Origin: Podarcis pityusensis
Taxonomy: Eukaryota
Strand: one strand, 5' to 3'
Assembly: GCA_964106645.2 (NCBI GenBank)
Contig: OZ067040.1
DNA: 64,000 bases
Shown here in pieces: positions 26,297-37,839 of the stretch. Under the pieces are notes generated by a model. The model made no database searches and was not told where the DNA came from. It saw only the letters and a list, made by a program, of their open reading frames with translations. A program made the translations under genes and the position numbers. Position 1 is the first letter of the stretch. Every line of letters begins with the position of its first letter.

Positions 26297-27347
26297 AAAA
26301 GGCCATGGCTGGATGGTTGCGTGGGAGCCTGTTGAAGCTAAATTCTTTAAAGACAGAGGTCTTCTGGTTGGGTCGAGATGACATGGGGTTGGGGGTTAAA
26401 CTCCCATCCCTTGCGGGGGCGCAATTAGTGCCAGTCTGGGTGTAACCCTTGACGCCTCCGTCTCTATGGAGGCGCAGGTTACAGATACAGCAAAGGCAGC
26501 ATTTTTCCATCTCCGCCATGTTAAGCAGTTGGTTCCTTATCTTTCTCGCCCTGATCTAGACACTGTGATCCATGCTTGATTACCTCCAGGCTTGATTACT
26601 GTAATTTGCTGCTCCGGGGCTGCCCATGAAGCTGACCCAGAAACTCCAGCGGGTGCAGAATGCCACAGCGAGACTACGTATGGGGTCTTCGCCGTGCGAC
26701 CACATCCAACCAGTGCTATATCTGCTGCACTGGCTCCCGGTGGAGTACAGAGTCAGGTTTAAGGTGCTGGTTCTAACCTTTAAGGCCCTATACAACCTGG
26801 GACCCTCGTACCTATGGGACTGCCTCTCCTGGTATGCCCCACGGAGGACCTTACGGTCTGCAAATAATAACATCTTGGATGTCCCGGGCCTCAAGGAGGT
26901 TAGACTGGCCTCGACCAGAGCCAGGGCCCTTTTGGCCCTGGCCCCAGTCTGGTGGAATGCTCTGTCGCAAGAGACTAGGGCCCTACGGGACTTGACATCT
27001 TTCCGCAGGGCCTGCAAGATGGAGCTGTTCCGCCAGGCCTTTGGTTGGGGCTCAGTCTGACCCCTCCCCTTTTACAAGACCCTGCATATAAGTGGCCTCT
27101 CTAACTCTTCTCACCGGCTCATACAAATAGCTGAGCATGGTGAGTACTTAAAGTTCCCAACCCCTAATAGTTATAATTTGCGGGTAGCCATCTGATCTTA
27201 TTTTGATTTAAATCCGATTTTAAGCTGTATTTCAGTCGATTGCTGAATTTTATGTCTTAATGTATTATATATTTTGATGTTAGCCACCCTAAGCCCGGTT
27301 CTGGCTGGGGAGGACGGGATCTAAATAATTTTTTATTTTTATTATTT
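26297..27347 (+). mobile_element. L2 LINE 5'-truncated 3' fragment (end of RT plus C-terminal domain)
   Basis: ORF 26626-27060 KLQRVQNATAR...HIQPVL..LHWLPV..R..FK.L.LTFKAL is the typical L2 C-terminus; upstream LKLN..KTE; AT-rich tail. Confidence 0.88.
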
Positions 27348-27461
27348 CAGTAGTCAAAAAGTACTTGGCATGAAATAATGGGGTTGGGGGTGGAGAGATT
27401 CAATAAAGCACACTGACAGTGCAATCCTGTGAATGTCTACTCAAAGGGAGGTTGTACCAAG

Positions 27462-27582
27462 TTCAAGGGGGTTTCCCAGGTAAGTATCACCTAGACTATT
27501 GAAATGCACTGTATCTATTATCTATTCTATTAGAGTGCATTTCAATAGTCTGGGTGTTACTTACCTGGGAAACCCCCTTGAA
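27462..27582. repeat. 49-bp inverted repeat (2 mismatches, 23-nt loop)
   Basis: arms 27462-27510 and 27534-27582 are reverse complements. Confidence 0.95.
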
Positions 27583-27591
27583 TTATTTTAA

Positions 27592-27593
27592 TA

Positions 27594-27629
<36 letters not shown>
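27592..27629. repeat. (TAA)n microsatellite
   Basis: direct reading. Confidence 0.95.
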
Positions 27630-27631
<2 letters not shown>

Positions 27632-27714
27632 AATGCACTCTACACTGGGGATCCCTTAAAGACATCCAGAGATGTCTTTTAAGCAGCTAGTGGTAAATTC
27701 TGCCACTGGAGTAT

Positions 27715-28170
27715 TGATAGGTGCATCTGCACCGTTTTTACACCTATTCTGCATGATCTGTATTGGCTGCCTATATGTTAGCAGGCACAGTTAAGATGCT
27801 AGTGTTGACTTTTAAAACTTCAAATGACCTGCAACCCTGTTATACTTCTTCCCATACCAAACGGTTACCGGGATGGAGGATATGAACTTGTCTGTTGTGG
27901 CGTAGCACTATGAGTGTAGAATTCTCTTCTCCTGAAGGCACAGATGGCAACATCCTTGCTGGGAGTCAACAGTCAAATTAAAATACACTTGTTTTTATGG
28001 ACCTTTCTATTTACTCTGCACCAACATGTTTGACTGATTATTGTTTTTATTAGCAATTTAAGTTTATTACTGTTTTATGTTATATGAGGCTGTGTTACAT
28101 TATGTGGGAAACCACCCTGTGTTAACCGTGTGTGATGAAGGACAGTCTTGAAATTTCATTAACAAAAATA
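27715..28170 (+). mobile_element. Older, degraded L2 3' fragment
   Basis: acacctattctgcatgatctgtattggctgcct...gttgacttttaaaac resembles the TP.L..L.WLP / LTFK region; boundaries approximate. Confidence 0.55.
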
Positions 28171-28419
28171 ACTAGCACATGAAGTTATTAAAAGGTAGTG
28201 TAGAACTGTAGAAGTTACAAAAAGATAACTGCTTGTGAAAAAGCATATATTTGCTAAATTTTATTACATAATCTGTCCTGTGTTGCATATACTGCAACTT
28301 ATTTTCATTGCTTATATTTTATTTTAAACATTTTTATGTATGCCACCAATAACTTTGGTTACAGGATGGCATAGAAATATCATTAATCATCATGATGTAT
28401 GGAAAACTCCCAAGATAGA

Positions 28420-28420
28420 A

Positions 28421-28464
<44 letters not shown>

Positions 28465-28465
28465 A
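28420..28465. repeat. (GAAA)n microsatellite
   Basis: direct reading. Confidence 0.95.
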
Positions 28466-29513
28466 GTGAAGGGAAAGGACACACTGGAGAACATTTCTGA
28501 TAGTGCAGAAATGTGAAGCTAGTCATGAAGTAAAATTGCTATGGAAGAAGCCAACACCTACACACTTCATAAGCACTATTAAGGAAAAAAGAAAAATGTT
28601 GATGATCTTACTGCATAGCTTCTTGAGATGGCACATAACTGTTGGAAGTGTGCTCCTGAAGAGGTGTTTGAAGGAAGATGGGATGCAATCATATGAGCAA
28701 AGGCATTAAGACAAACTTCACACCTCTGTATAAGCTGTAAAAAGAAAAATGTAATAAAAAGGCAATCTATGCAAATCCAAGAATCTATAATCAACCCAAA
28801 CATTCTAGATTCTCAGTCAGCAGGGTAGGGAAGCAAACAGAAAAGAGCTAACTCTTCTTCAGAAAGAAGGCAGGATCAGGAGGGGAAAACTTCATGCCAT
28901 CCCTGGGAAGGAGGAACCTTCCAGCTCTACCTTCTAGAGAAAAACATGGTAGCTCTAGTCATGGTGGCTGTGCTCTGCCTTCACAATCACTTTATTCTAC
29001 TGAATACCCCTCTGCTATTTGGTGCACTACCCTCCTGATTGAGAACAGAAAGTTGGACTCGCTTTGTTCTTCAGGTCAGCAGGGAGTGGAACAGAGAGGC
29101 AAATTCACATTATATAGATCAATCAGATTATAGAGGGTGGTTTATGCCTCTCTTCCGTGATATTTATTATAGTCCTTTTTTTGTTAAGGACATTGTTGGA
29201 CTCCTAATTCTTGTCCCTTATGATGTTCTTCTTTACTACTATGTTATTGGTGATAAATGCAGTTCTAAGCACTTTCAGTGCTGAAATCAAATCTGAAACT
29301 GCAAGACTCCTCCTCTCCAGGAAGGATATACAAGTTTCTCAATCATTCAGCTGTCTTCCTGCTCTACTCCCCAGAAGAACCCTAGACGCTGATGGTAAGC
29401 ATACAGAATGGAGTCATGGAACACTGTGAAAACTGTATAGCTCTAACTCTGTTTTAATACAAAACTTCCATAAAACATCCCCACTCCTGAGCTTGTCAAT
29501 AATATTTGCTTAC

Positions 29514-29576
29514 CAATTCTGGTGGCACACCATAATATTCCAGCAGTTGTCTTAAGAGATTCAGTACAAGAGACAT
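29514..29576 (-). CDS. MTFR2: MTFR2 first coding exon (MSLVLNLLRQLLEYYGVPPEL)
   Basis: ATG at 29576, TTG|gtaagc donor; matches the recalled MTFR2 N-terminus pattern MSL.LN.LR..LEY.GVP; probable acceptor ctttgcag puts the exon start at 29661. Confidence 0.92.
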
Positions 29577-30599
29577 AGTACAAAGCACTTGAATTAAGTC
29601 AAGTGCCAGTTAAAAATTACTGTTGCACATGCCAGAGGGGCTCAGCAAATATTTGCTACAGCTGCAAAGAGAAGAGTTTATTTCATAATTACGGTAAAAC
29701 TACAAACTCAGTTTACTTATACATCCACATGAAATATTTATAAATGCAATGTAAAAGCACAATTAGTTAAAAGAGTAATAAGGAAGGAGTATTATAAATT
29801 ATTAGAAATAATAATTGAATCATTGAATTGTAGAGTACTTTCCCCAAACTCAAGCTGGATCCATAGCATGTGTTTGCAGGAGCAGTATTAATATTCAAAA
29901 GGGACACACCTCTCACACACAACTAAAAAACATTGCCACACTTTTACAGCCAAGAGAATGAACCACAATTTCTCAAAAAACACCCCCCCCCCGCCCCTTA
30001 ACTCAGGAGGCTGCTGATGTTTAACACAACCACCATTTCACCAACACCTCAAACTGAGAATTGTAGAGTTGGAAGGGACTCCCAGGGTCGTCTAGTCCAA
30101 CCCTCTGCAACGCAGCAACCTCAACCCGCGCTCCCCGATCCAATCCGAAACCAACCTGGACCCGGTTCAGCTTTGCAAATGTGCGAGCAGTTTTATTTCC
30201 GCGCCATTCGGAGGGTCACGTTTCTACGGAAGAAAGGGACGGTCGTGCGTTTAGAGACGGAAGGAAACGACTTTTTGTAAACAGAGACCTGGAAATATGA
30301 TTAAACTGTGATATAAAAATATTGAAAACAAAAAAAGTATTAGCTGAATGAGAAACTGTTACCAGGACAAACTCTGCAGCTTTTGCAGAGACCTCACCAA
30401 TGTGACAGGAAGAAGGGAGAGCGGGCGAGAGGTCTCAAGCAGAGGAATCCCTTTTCCTCGCTCGTTCATTGCAGCAGCTGAGGGGTCAGGAAGGGGCGTT
30501 TTACCATTCGGTGAGGGGGCTGTTGGTGGCGGGTTGCTTTTTAATTTTATTTTTTTGCATCCCGTCGTTTGTCTCTCGACAGGCCCGCTTCCTATCGGC

Positions 30600-31100
30600 C
30601 GGGGAGGAAGCTAGCCCACAACTCGCGTGGAGAGCCAACCCCGCCCCAACGGTCCTCTTCAGCCGTTGAAGGGCTGCTTTCATACGACTTTCCCAAACCG
30701 TCGGCTAAAGCAGGACGCTGAACGAAACCCGCCCCGAAGCAGGAGCGCACCGCGCGTAGACCGAAGCAGCTGCCGGAGGGGAAACTCACCCGCCACCGCG
30801 AGACTTCTCTCTCTCACACACACACACACACACGCGTGGACGCCGAAGCGAGAGATGAGCAGAAAGACGCCGAGCGCGAGACAAGGACTTAGCGCAATCA
30901 AACCTTGGCACTCCTTCTCTCGATTGGGTGAGCGGGAAGAGGCGTGGCTTCGCTCTGCAGCCAATCCCGCAGCGCTAAGGCGCCGTTTCTGGAAAGGGTG
31001 TGGCTTGCCGCGGCGCGGAGCCCAACCGTAGGAGAGACGCTTTCGGACCTCGGGGGATGATGGAAAGCGGCAGCGCGCTCTAATAAGTGGGTGGCAGAAT
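30600..31100 (-). promoter_or_regulatory. MTFR2: MTFR2 CpG-island promoter and non-coding exon 1 (donor CGG|gtgagt at 30790)
   Basis: CpG-dense; CCAAT boxes at 30923-30927 and 30961-30965; minus-strand donor consensus. Confidence 0.75.
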
Positions 31101-31801
31101 CCCCAAGGTGCTATTGCGTCCGCTGTGTGCACGAGACAGTGCCTTATACTGTATATGTTAAACATACGTCAGCGAGGGGTTGTGGTTATAGTTGCACTTC
31201 TAGCTGCTTTTATGGGAGATAGCACACAAGACAAAAGCTATAATCACATAATATTTAATCAAGTACCTATTGAAGCTAATGAAAACTTAACAACCGTTGC
31301 CATCCCTACCATAATTATATTTATTTATATCCCGGCTTTCCCTTTGACAGCGACTCAAGGCGGCTTAGGTGAGCTAATTTCCACACAAAGCTGCCACGGC
31401 AGCCCCTCAGCCATTCCTCCAGAGGTCCACTAGCCTATTGAAGAACGAAGTTGTGTGCCACAAATCCCTTTTTGTGCACCGTCCTAAGCTAACAGGACTC
31501 TCAAAGCTCCACTCAGGTGCATTGGAGGATGCTATCCCATCACCAGGGCTGAAGAGTCAAGTTCCGCTTCTCTACATGGAATGGGGGAAGCCGTCCTTTG
31601 CTCAGGAAGCGGAATGTTTAGGACCTGCCTTGATAACCACCACTCTGCAGATGAAGTCTCAAAACTGCTAAACCCTAGGGAATAGTGTATACTACAAATC
31701 AATTGTTTCCTGATGGCTATGCAAATATCTAAAACATGAGTGCAATTATGCACATGCTAATGAACAGTATTACTAGATTTCACCTTCCTAAATCTAATTT
31801 T

Positions 31802-32150
31802 GGGACGCGGGTTGCGCTGTGGGTTAAACCAGAGCCTAGGGCTTGCCGATCAGAAGGTCGTCGGTTCGAATCCCCGCGATGGGGTGAGCTCCCATTGCTC
31901 GGTCCCTGCTCCTGCCAACCTAGCAGTTCGAAAGCTTGTCAAAGTGCAAGTAGATAAATAGGTACCGCTCTGGCGGGAAGGTAAACAGCGTTTCCGTGCG
32001 CTGCTCTGGTTCTCCAGAAGCGGCTTTGTCATGCTGGCCACATGACCCGGAAGCTGTATCCCAGCTCCCTCGATCAATAAAGCGAGATGAGCACCACAAC
32101 CCCCAAGTCGGTCACGACTGGACCTAATGGTCAGGGGTCCCTTTACCTTA
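31802..32150 (+). mobile_element. Full-length Sauria SINE
   Basis: tRNA-like head with GGTTCGAATCC B box, Sauria body (cctagcagttcgaaagc...gtgcaagtagataaataggtaccgc), cctttacctt tail; degenerate TSD taaatctaattt/taattctgattt. Confidence 0.9.
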
Positions 32151-32385
32151 ATTCTGATTTAATTTTTGTGCAAAGGAAAATTCCAGGTTTCAACTTGCTT
32201 TATTTTCAAATTTAGTCTTGATTATTGCTATAAATCCCCTTCCCACAGTATGAGCCTGCTTAAAGTGTATAAGCTCCCACCACTAAACACTGTTGGTTGT
32301 TGTAAAGATGCCAGGTGTGCTTTCACTCCCAAGTTGCAGCCTTTTTCTCTGCTTGCAACATGCACTGTTAACAAATAGATACAGT

Positions 32386-32780
32386 CAGTGGCGTAGCGTG
32401 GGGGGTGCAGGGGAGGCCGGCTGCACTGGGCGCAACATCTGGGGGGGGGCACGCTTGCACTCGCAGCTCTCTGCCCCTACCTGGCTCACTCACTCTCTCT
32501 CACTGCAGTGCTGGCTGTGCGAATCCGATCCGAGCCGCTGGGTCACCGCCCACTGTGGAGGGGGTGGGTGCCAGGCGTGCGGTGCGGAGAGAGCGCGAGG
32601 GACTATCTGGGGGAGGGACAGTGCAGCGGCCACCCAGCGCAGCGCTGAGCGCGGGAGAGAACCACACCAGACCAGACCAGGCAGCAGCAAGAAGCAGCTG
32701 GCAGCGGCGGCAGGTTAGGGGTTAGGGGGCGAACATTACTTGCCTTGCCCCGGGTGCTGACAACCCACGCTACGCCGCTG
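32386..32780. mobile_element. hAT-type MITE
   Basis: TIRs CAGTGGCGTAGCGTGGG / CCCACGCTACGCCGCTG with exact 8-bp TSD GATACAGT. Confidence 0.9.
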
Positions 32781-32784
32781 GATA

Positions 32785-33007
32785 CAGTGGTACCTCTGGT
32801 TACGTACTTAATTCGTTCCGGAGGTCCGTTCTTAACCTGAAACTGTTCTTAACCTGAAGCACCACTTTAGCTAATGGGGCCTCCCGCTGCTGCGCCGCCA
32901 CCGCGTGATTTCTGTTCTCATCCTGAAGCAAAGTTCTTAACCCAGGGTACTATTTCTGGGTTAGCGGAGTCTGTAACCTGAAGCGTATGTAACCCGAGGT
33001 ACTACTG
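32785..33007. mobile_element. Tigger/pogo-like MITE
   Basis: TIRs CAGTGGTACCTCTGGTTAC / GTAACCCGAGGTACTACTG, TA TSD. Confidence 0.88.
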
Positions 33008-33869
33008 TACAATATTGTCTCAAGAAAGCAATGCCTTCAGGTTTACCTTAGTGCTTAACCACTACTGGCACTGTGATTGTTCCATAGTCCAAGAAACAAG
33101 CTTCTCATCTGGTTCAGAAAAAACTTGTTTCCAAATTGAGATTGTGTCTGTGGTCACTCCGATCTGTCACATCTTGAATCTATGGCCAGTTGCAGCTTCC
33201 TGGAACATGTCTCTGTGTAACTCTCTCATCAGAAAACACAGCAGTTTCAGTCATGTAAACACTGAATTGGTCCTGCATGTCAAAACACATACCTTATTTC
33301 ACTTGTAGTGATCTCAAGTCTGACAGGGCCTTCCTTGTTTGCTACTTTGCTCAGTCAAAGTGGTTTGGAAGTCTGTATCACCACATCCATGCTTTTAACC
33401 CTTGTTCATTGTAATGTATTTGGTTCTTAAATTTAAGCCAAAACAGAAACTAAAGAATGCTATTCCAGGCCTTGCTGCTCACTGCATTTGCTCTTTGGTT
33501 TCCCCCAATGCTCAAATTCTGTGCCATAGCTCATTCTTCTTGCGATTTCTGAACTAGTGCTGCACATGCCTGACTACTTGGGATTTTCACCAATATGTAG
33601 GATGATCCTGATGATTTTACTTTTACCCTAATCTTCCGAATCTTGATATAAATATATCTAATACACTACAAACCTTCCATCTCCTGCCACATTATAAAAC
33701 TAACCAACACATTTATGTCCAAGTCATTTATTTTCATTTATCAGTTCTTCCTGGAACAGTACAAGTGGTATCACCAACATATTTTTTAAGGTGGCTGGGT
33801 TTGAATAAAGAAATAGAGCAGAAGTGTGTCTGGTGTATGAGAAGGTAGATGGAGGTGGTCAGTTCTGTT

Positions 33870-33945
33870 TGTTGTTGTTTAGTCGTGTCTGACTCTTCGT
33901 GACCCCATGGACCAGAGCACGCCAGGCACTCCTGTCTTCCACTGC
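33870..33945 (-). mobile_element. RTE/BovB-like 3' tail fragment
   Basis: gttgttgtttagtcgtgtctgactcttcgtgaccccatggac is the reverse of the BovB-type 3' end. Confidence 0.7.
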
Positions 33946-34679
33946 TTTTATATCGTATGTCTGTCAGTATGTTCAGTATACCAGAACTAAGCTTGTTGCA
34001 AGCTAGTCAGTGCCCATGCTCTTGGAAGTGACTTTGTGAATTTCTCGAGGAAGAAACATCAATGGCAAAATTATTTTGGTTAGCCTTTTCAAACCCCACA
34101 AAACCCCAGGACTTGACAGGACCATAGTATACAAGTAAACAAAACTCACTTTGAACACATCTTTAGCAATCTGAATTAGTGGGGAAATGACATAAGCAAG
34201 AGCTATGGAGGGCCAACAGATAGATTTATTTTGCAGTTGTTATATTAATCATCACTAGGCTTGCCTCTAGGACTGAGTTGTTTATTTCAATGCCTAAGGA
34301 TACCATTCTACCATCAGACTTTGATGCCTTTTATTATCAGAAGGGGTCACATCTGACTGTACTTCCTGAAAATAGAAGATGTCAGGGAATTCAATAAATG
34401 TGACAATGTCATAATACCTTTACCTTACTAGATTTTAAAATAAAGGGCACACCTGCCCTCCTGAACATCAAGTTGCAGCTCAATCAAATGGGTGGGTTTT
34501 GGTGCATAAACGTGTCAACCTGAGATGAGCTGGCCAATTTTTCCACTACTTCACAGACGCCCCCCCCCCCCCTTTGTAGATATTGAATTGTATCTGATTA
34601 AGTAATGCTCAGTGTAGAACCACTGAAATCAATGGACTACTTTAGTAATAGTCCAATAGGACATATAAATGAAAGTACG

Positions 34680-34995
34680 TATTCTCATAGTGTATAGTTA
34701 CAGTAAACTATGGAACTTGCTGTGATGGCCACCAACTTGGATGGCTTAAAAAGAGGATTAGACAAATTAATGGAGGAGTAAGCTACTGGTAGCTTCAAAC
34801 CCCGATGGTTATGTTCTGCCTTCACTGCTGGAGGCAGTAATGCTTCTGAATACCAGTTGCAGGAAACCCCAGGAGGGGAGAGTGCTCTTGTTCTTGAATT
34901 CTGCTTGTGGGTCTCCCACAGACATCCAGTTGGCCACTGTGAAAAGGATGCTGGGCTAGATGGTGATCCAGCAGGCCCTTTTTATGTTCTTATGT
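34680..34995 (+). mobile_element. CR1 3' end fragment
   Basis: gatggcttaaaaagaggattagacaaatt...ggatgctgggctagatgg...ttatgttcttatg tail. Confidence 0.65.
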
Positions 34996-35127
34996 TAGTA
35001 ACTAAGTTAAGCCCACTGATTTCAATGGGTCTGCTCATATGATTTAGTCAGAGAGAATCCATTGCTCCCAATGTTGCAAATCTATGCTACTGTTGTAAAT
35101 TGATGACTTCTGAGCTAATCTACCTTA

Positions 35128-35330
35128 GAATCATAGAATTGTAGAGTTGGAAGGGACCCAGAGGGTCATCTAGCTTAAAGCATCCATGACAGATGGCCAT
35201 CCAACCTCTGCTTAAAAACTTCCAATGAAGGAGGGTCCACCACGTTCTGAGGGAGTTCGTTCCTCTTTCAAACAATTCTTACTGTCAAAAAGTTATTCCT
35301 AATTTTAGTTGTAAACTCTGTTGTTGTAAC
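35128..35330 (-). mobile_element. CR1 3' tail fragment
   Basis: agaatcatagaattgtagagttggaagggaccc is the reverse of the CR1 (ATTCTATG)n tail. Confidence 0.7.
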
Positions 35331-35959
35331 CTTGCTTGTTTAAAATAGGCACTGTGCTTCCACCCAAGGGCTTATAAAAATAAAATCCTGTGTGATCTGT
35401 GACTAGATTAAGAAAGCATAAATCTCCCTTTTAGATCCAAACTACAGTTTTATAAAGGAGATGCATGGTTGTACATTACAAAAGCCTAGAATTTATTTTG
35501 TGAAAACAAGTAATTTGGACAGCTGTATCTAGACTTCTTGGTTACTTAACCTAACAAGGTAAGAATAAATTAGGCTGCATCCATAATACCCATCTGCTTG
35601 TGCAACAGAGCTTCCAATTTCACTCCCCCGAGCTCCCAAAAATTGCTCCATAGGGTTCCCCAACTCTCTGGAACAGATTTGGGGGGGCTGAAGGGAGAAC
35701 TGGAAAGAGCAGCTCTGTTGTGATGTCATAATGTAGACCATAATCTTCATATCACAGTTTACCTTACAAAAGAATGAATTTTTTTTTACTAATGAATACA
35801 GTACTTTGCACATTATCATTAAGATACTGAGCAGGGTGTGCTCAACGGTACACCTCAATGCTTTGCATTTATAGATGCCATTCAGTCTAATACCTGGCAG
35901 CAGCAGTCAGAGTTCAAGTACCAACAGTGTGACTTTCAGAACTTAGCAATTACTGAAAT

Positions 35960-37509
35960 ATAATTTCAAGCAGTAGAATTTATTGGACAAAACACTGGTA
36001 TTCAGCTTTTAAATGGACACATGAATTCAAGTTTGGCGTAAATTACTCTTTCAATATGTGGTTTTTAAATGTAAAATAGAATGTCAGACTTTCCTCCAAG
36101 AATCCTTATAGCTTAGACTTAAACATACAGCTTTAATAATGTTTCTATGGCATGTGTTGGACCTGCAAATGAAAGTCTCATGTCATTTTAGAATTTTCAC
36201 ATCTTTATTCCACTGAAGACTGAAAACATGAAGATATCCAAATGGTCAAGTTATTTATCTGAAGAAAACCCACGGAAAATACTATTTTACAAACTGGGGA
36301 AAAGATTGATACATTTGGTAGCTGGATCAATATTGCCATGAGTTTTCTGGCCGACACTTTCATGAGATGTCAGTGAGTCTTCCTCTAATGTTCCTGCAGT
36401 AATAATGTCATTTCGTTATACACACTGCTTAAATGTTATAAATGGATAGCATCTAGTGCTTTACATAAGACTATGTTTATTATGCATGTAAACTCTGGGG
36501 GGGGGGAAACACTGAAACATGCTTGTGTTAAAAGGTAACTTTTTCACTACAATTTACCTCTTTCTGTCGTACGCCTAAAGGTTTGGAATGTAGGACAAGT
36601 CTTCTTGTAAGAAAAGTATGCAGAAGGTCAAGCTACTTTTAGTGCTGTTGCACAAACAGTTGAGGCATTTCCCCATTAGCAGTAAGGGTATGTGGACGGA
36701 GAAACGTAGCACCTGTTAAGCTACAGCTCTACTTGTCAGATCTAGATCAGTTCAGAAGAGAACTCCCATCGTGTTCTAGAAATGTGAATGTATGAGAGAA
36801 TTAATAAGATCCCAACACTGACTTGCATAATGTCCTATTTGCACTCATTTTTCAGAAAATGGGATACAAAAGATAGCAAAGTACTCAGGTTCTCAAACGT
36901 GATCAATACCAAGCTTTGTGAAAACAGATTGCAAATCCTTAATCTTGCAGTGCTGTTCAAATGTTGAGACATTTGGTGGCTGCGTTAAACAAACTATTAG
37001 TCTCCCAACCCAAATCAGTCAAAGAAATATTATGCTGCAATTTAAACATAAGCCACACAAATAAAAAGTTCAGGAAATTACTAACTCCATCATAGAATTG
37101 ATCTTTAGTACTGATTTATTTTAAAATGCTGCCTCAAGATTTAGATGTGCAGACCTAAGTTTTACTTTAGAATAAACACAGCTGTGGAAGGGGCAATGAA
37201 ATACAACTTTCAGGGTTCTCACCATATATTCTGGACAAAGCAAAGTTACACTGCTTATAACAATCAGTAAACATTTTAAAAAGTTGCTCATGACAAATAG
37301 TATTGTACTTTTTCTACTTGCTTTTGTATAATCATCAACAGTTACTATTTAGTGAGATTGCAAAAGAACAAAAAACAAAAACTAAACTAAACTACTCTCC
37401 AACAATAAAATTTAAGTAAAATGCTTACATTCATTTGAAGACAAGTCATATTATTATGCTGTGTAGATAGCACATAGGTGTTTTCAGCTGTAGTTCATCT
37501 TCAAATTTA
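35960..37509 (-). other. BCLAF1: BCLAF1 3'UTR (to a probable polyA site; AATAAA at 35984-35979)
   Basis: TE-free AT-rich stretch after the stop codon, ending at a minus-strand AATAAA; longer isoforms possible. Confidence 0.6.
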
Positions 37510-37515
37510 CTATTC
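37510..37515 (-). CDS. BCLAF1: BCLAF1 terminal coding exon (GAA TAG = E*)
   Basis: ctctttttgcacag acceptor; completes the KEEKE* C-terminus. Confidence 0.88.
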   Translation of the reverse strand, partial: E

Positions 37516-37632
37516 CTGTGCAAAAAGAGATGAAAATGTTTGCACTATTTACACTTTGGGTTTTTAAGCCATTTAAAATTAGAATTAGAATTCATAGAGC
37601 AATAAAGGAGTTCATAAACCAGAACTACTTAC

Positions 37633-37839
37633 TTTTTCTTCTTTACGTCTCTCCTTGTCTTCATTTTCCATTGTTTCTTCTTCATCTTCCACAAGCCCAT
37701 CCCCTTGGTATTTGTCATGTGTCCACTTTGGACTGCTACCTGATTTTTTGAAGTTGAATCTTCCTCTGCTACGCTGGAAAGTGCCACGACCTCTTCCTCT
37801 TTTAGCCCAGTAATCTACACCATCATCTCTGTCATCATG
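37633..37839 (-). CDS. BCLAF1: BCLAF1 exon ([19 protein letters not shown]...[13 protein letters not shown]...KEEK)
   Basis: ttttactctag acceptor, AAA|gtaagt donor, 207 bp. Confidence 0.96.

Noticed and set aside
26580-27060. 144/145-aa ORFs as a host gene
   Set aside because: They are the C-terminus of a truncated L2 LINE and its antisense frame
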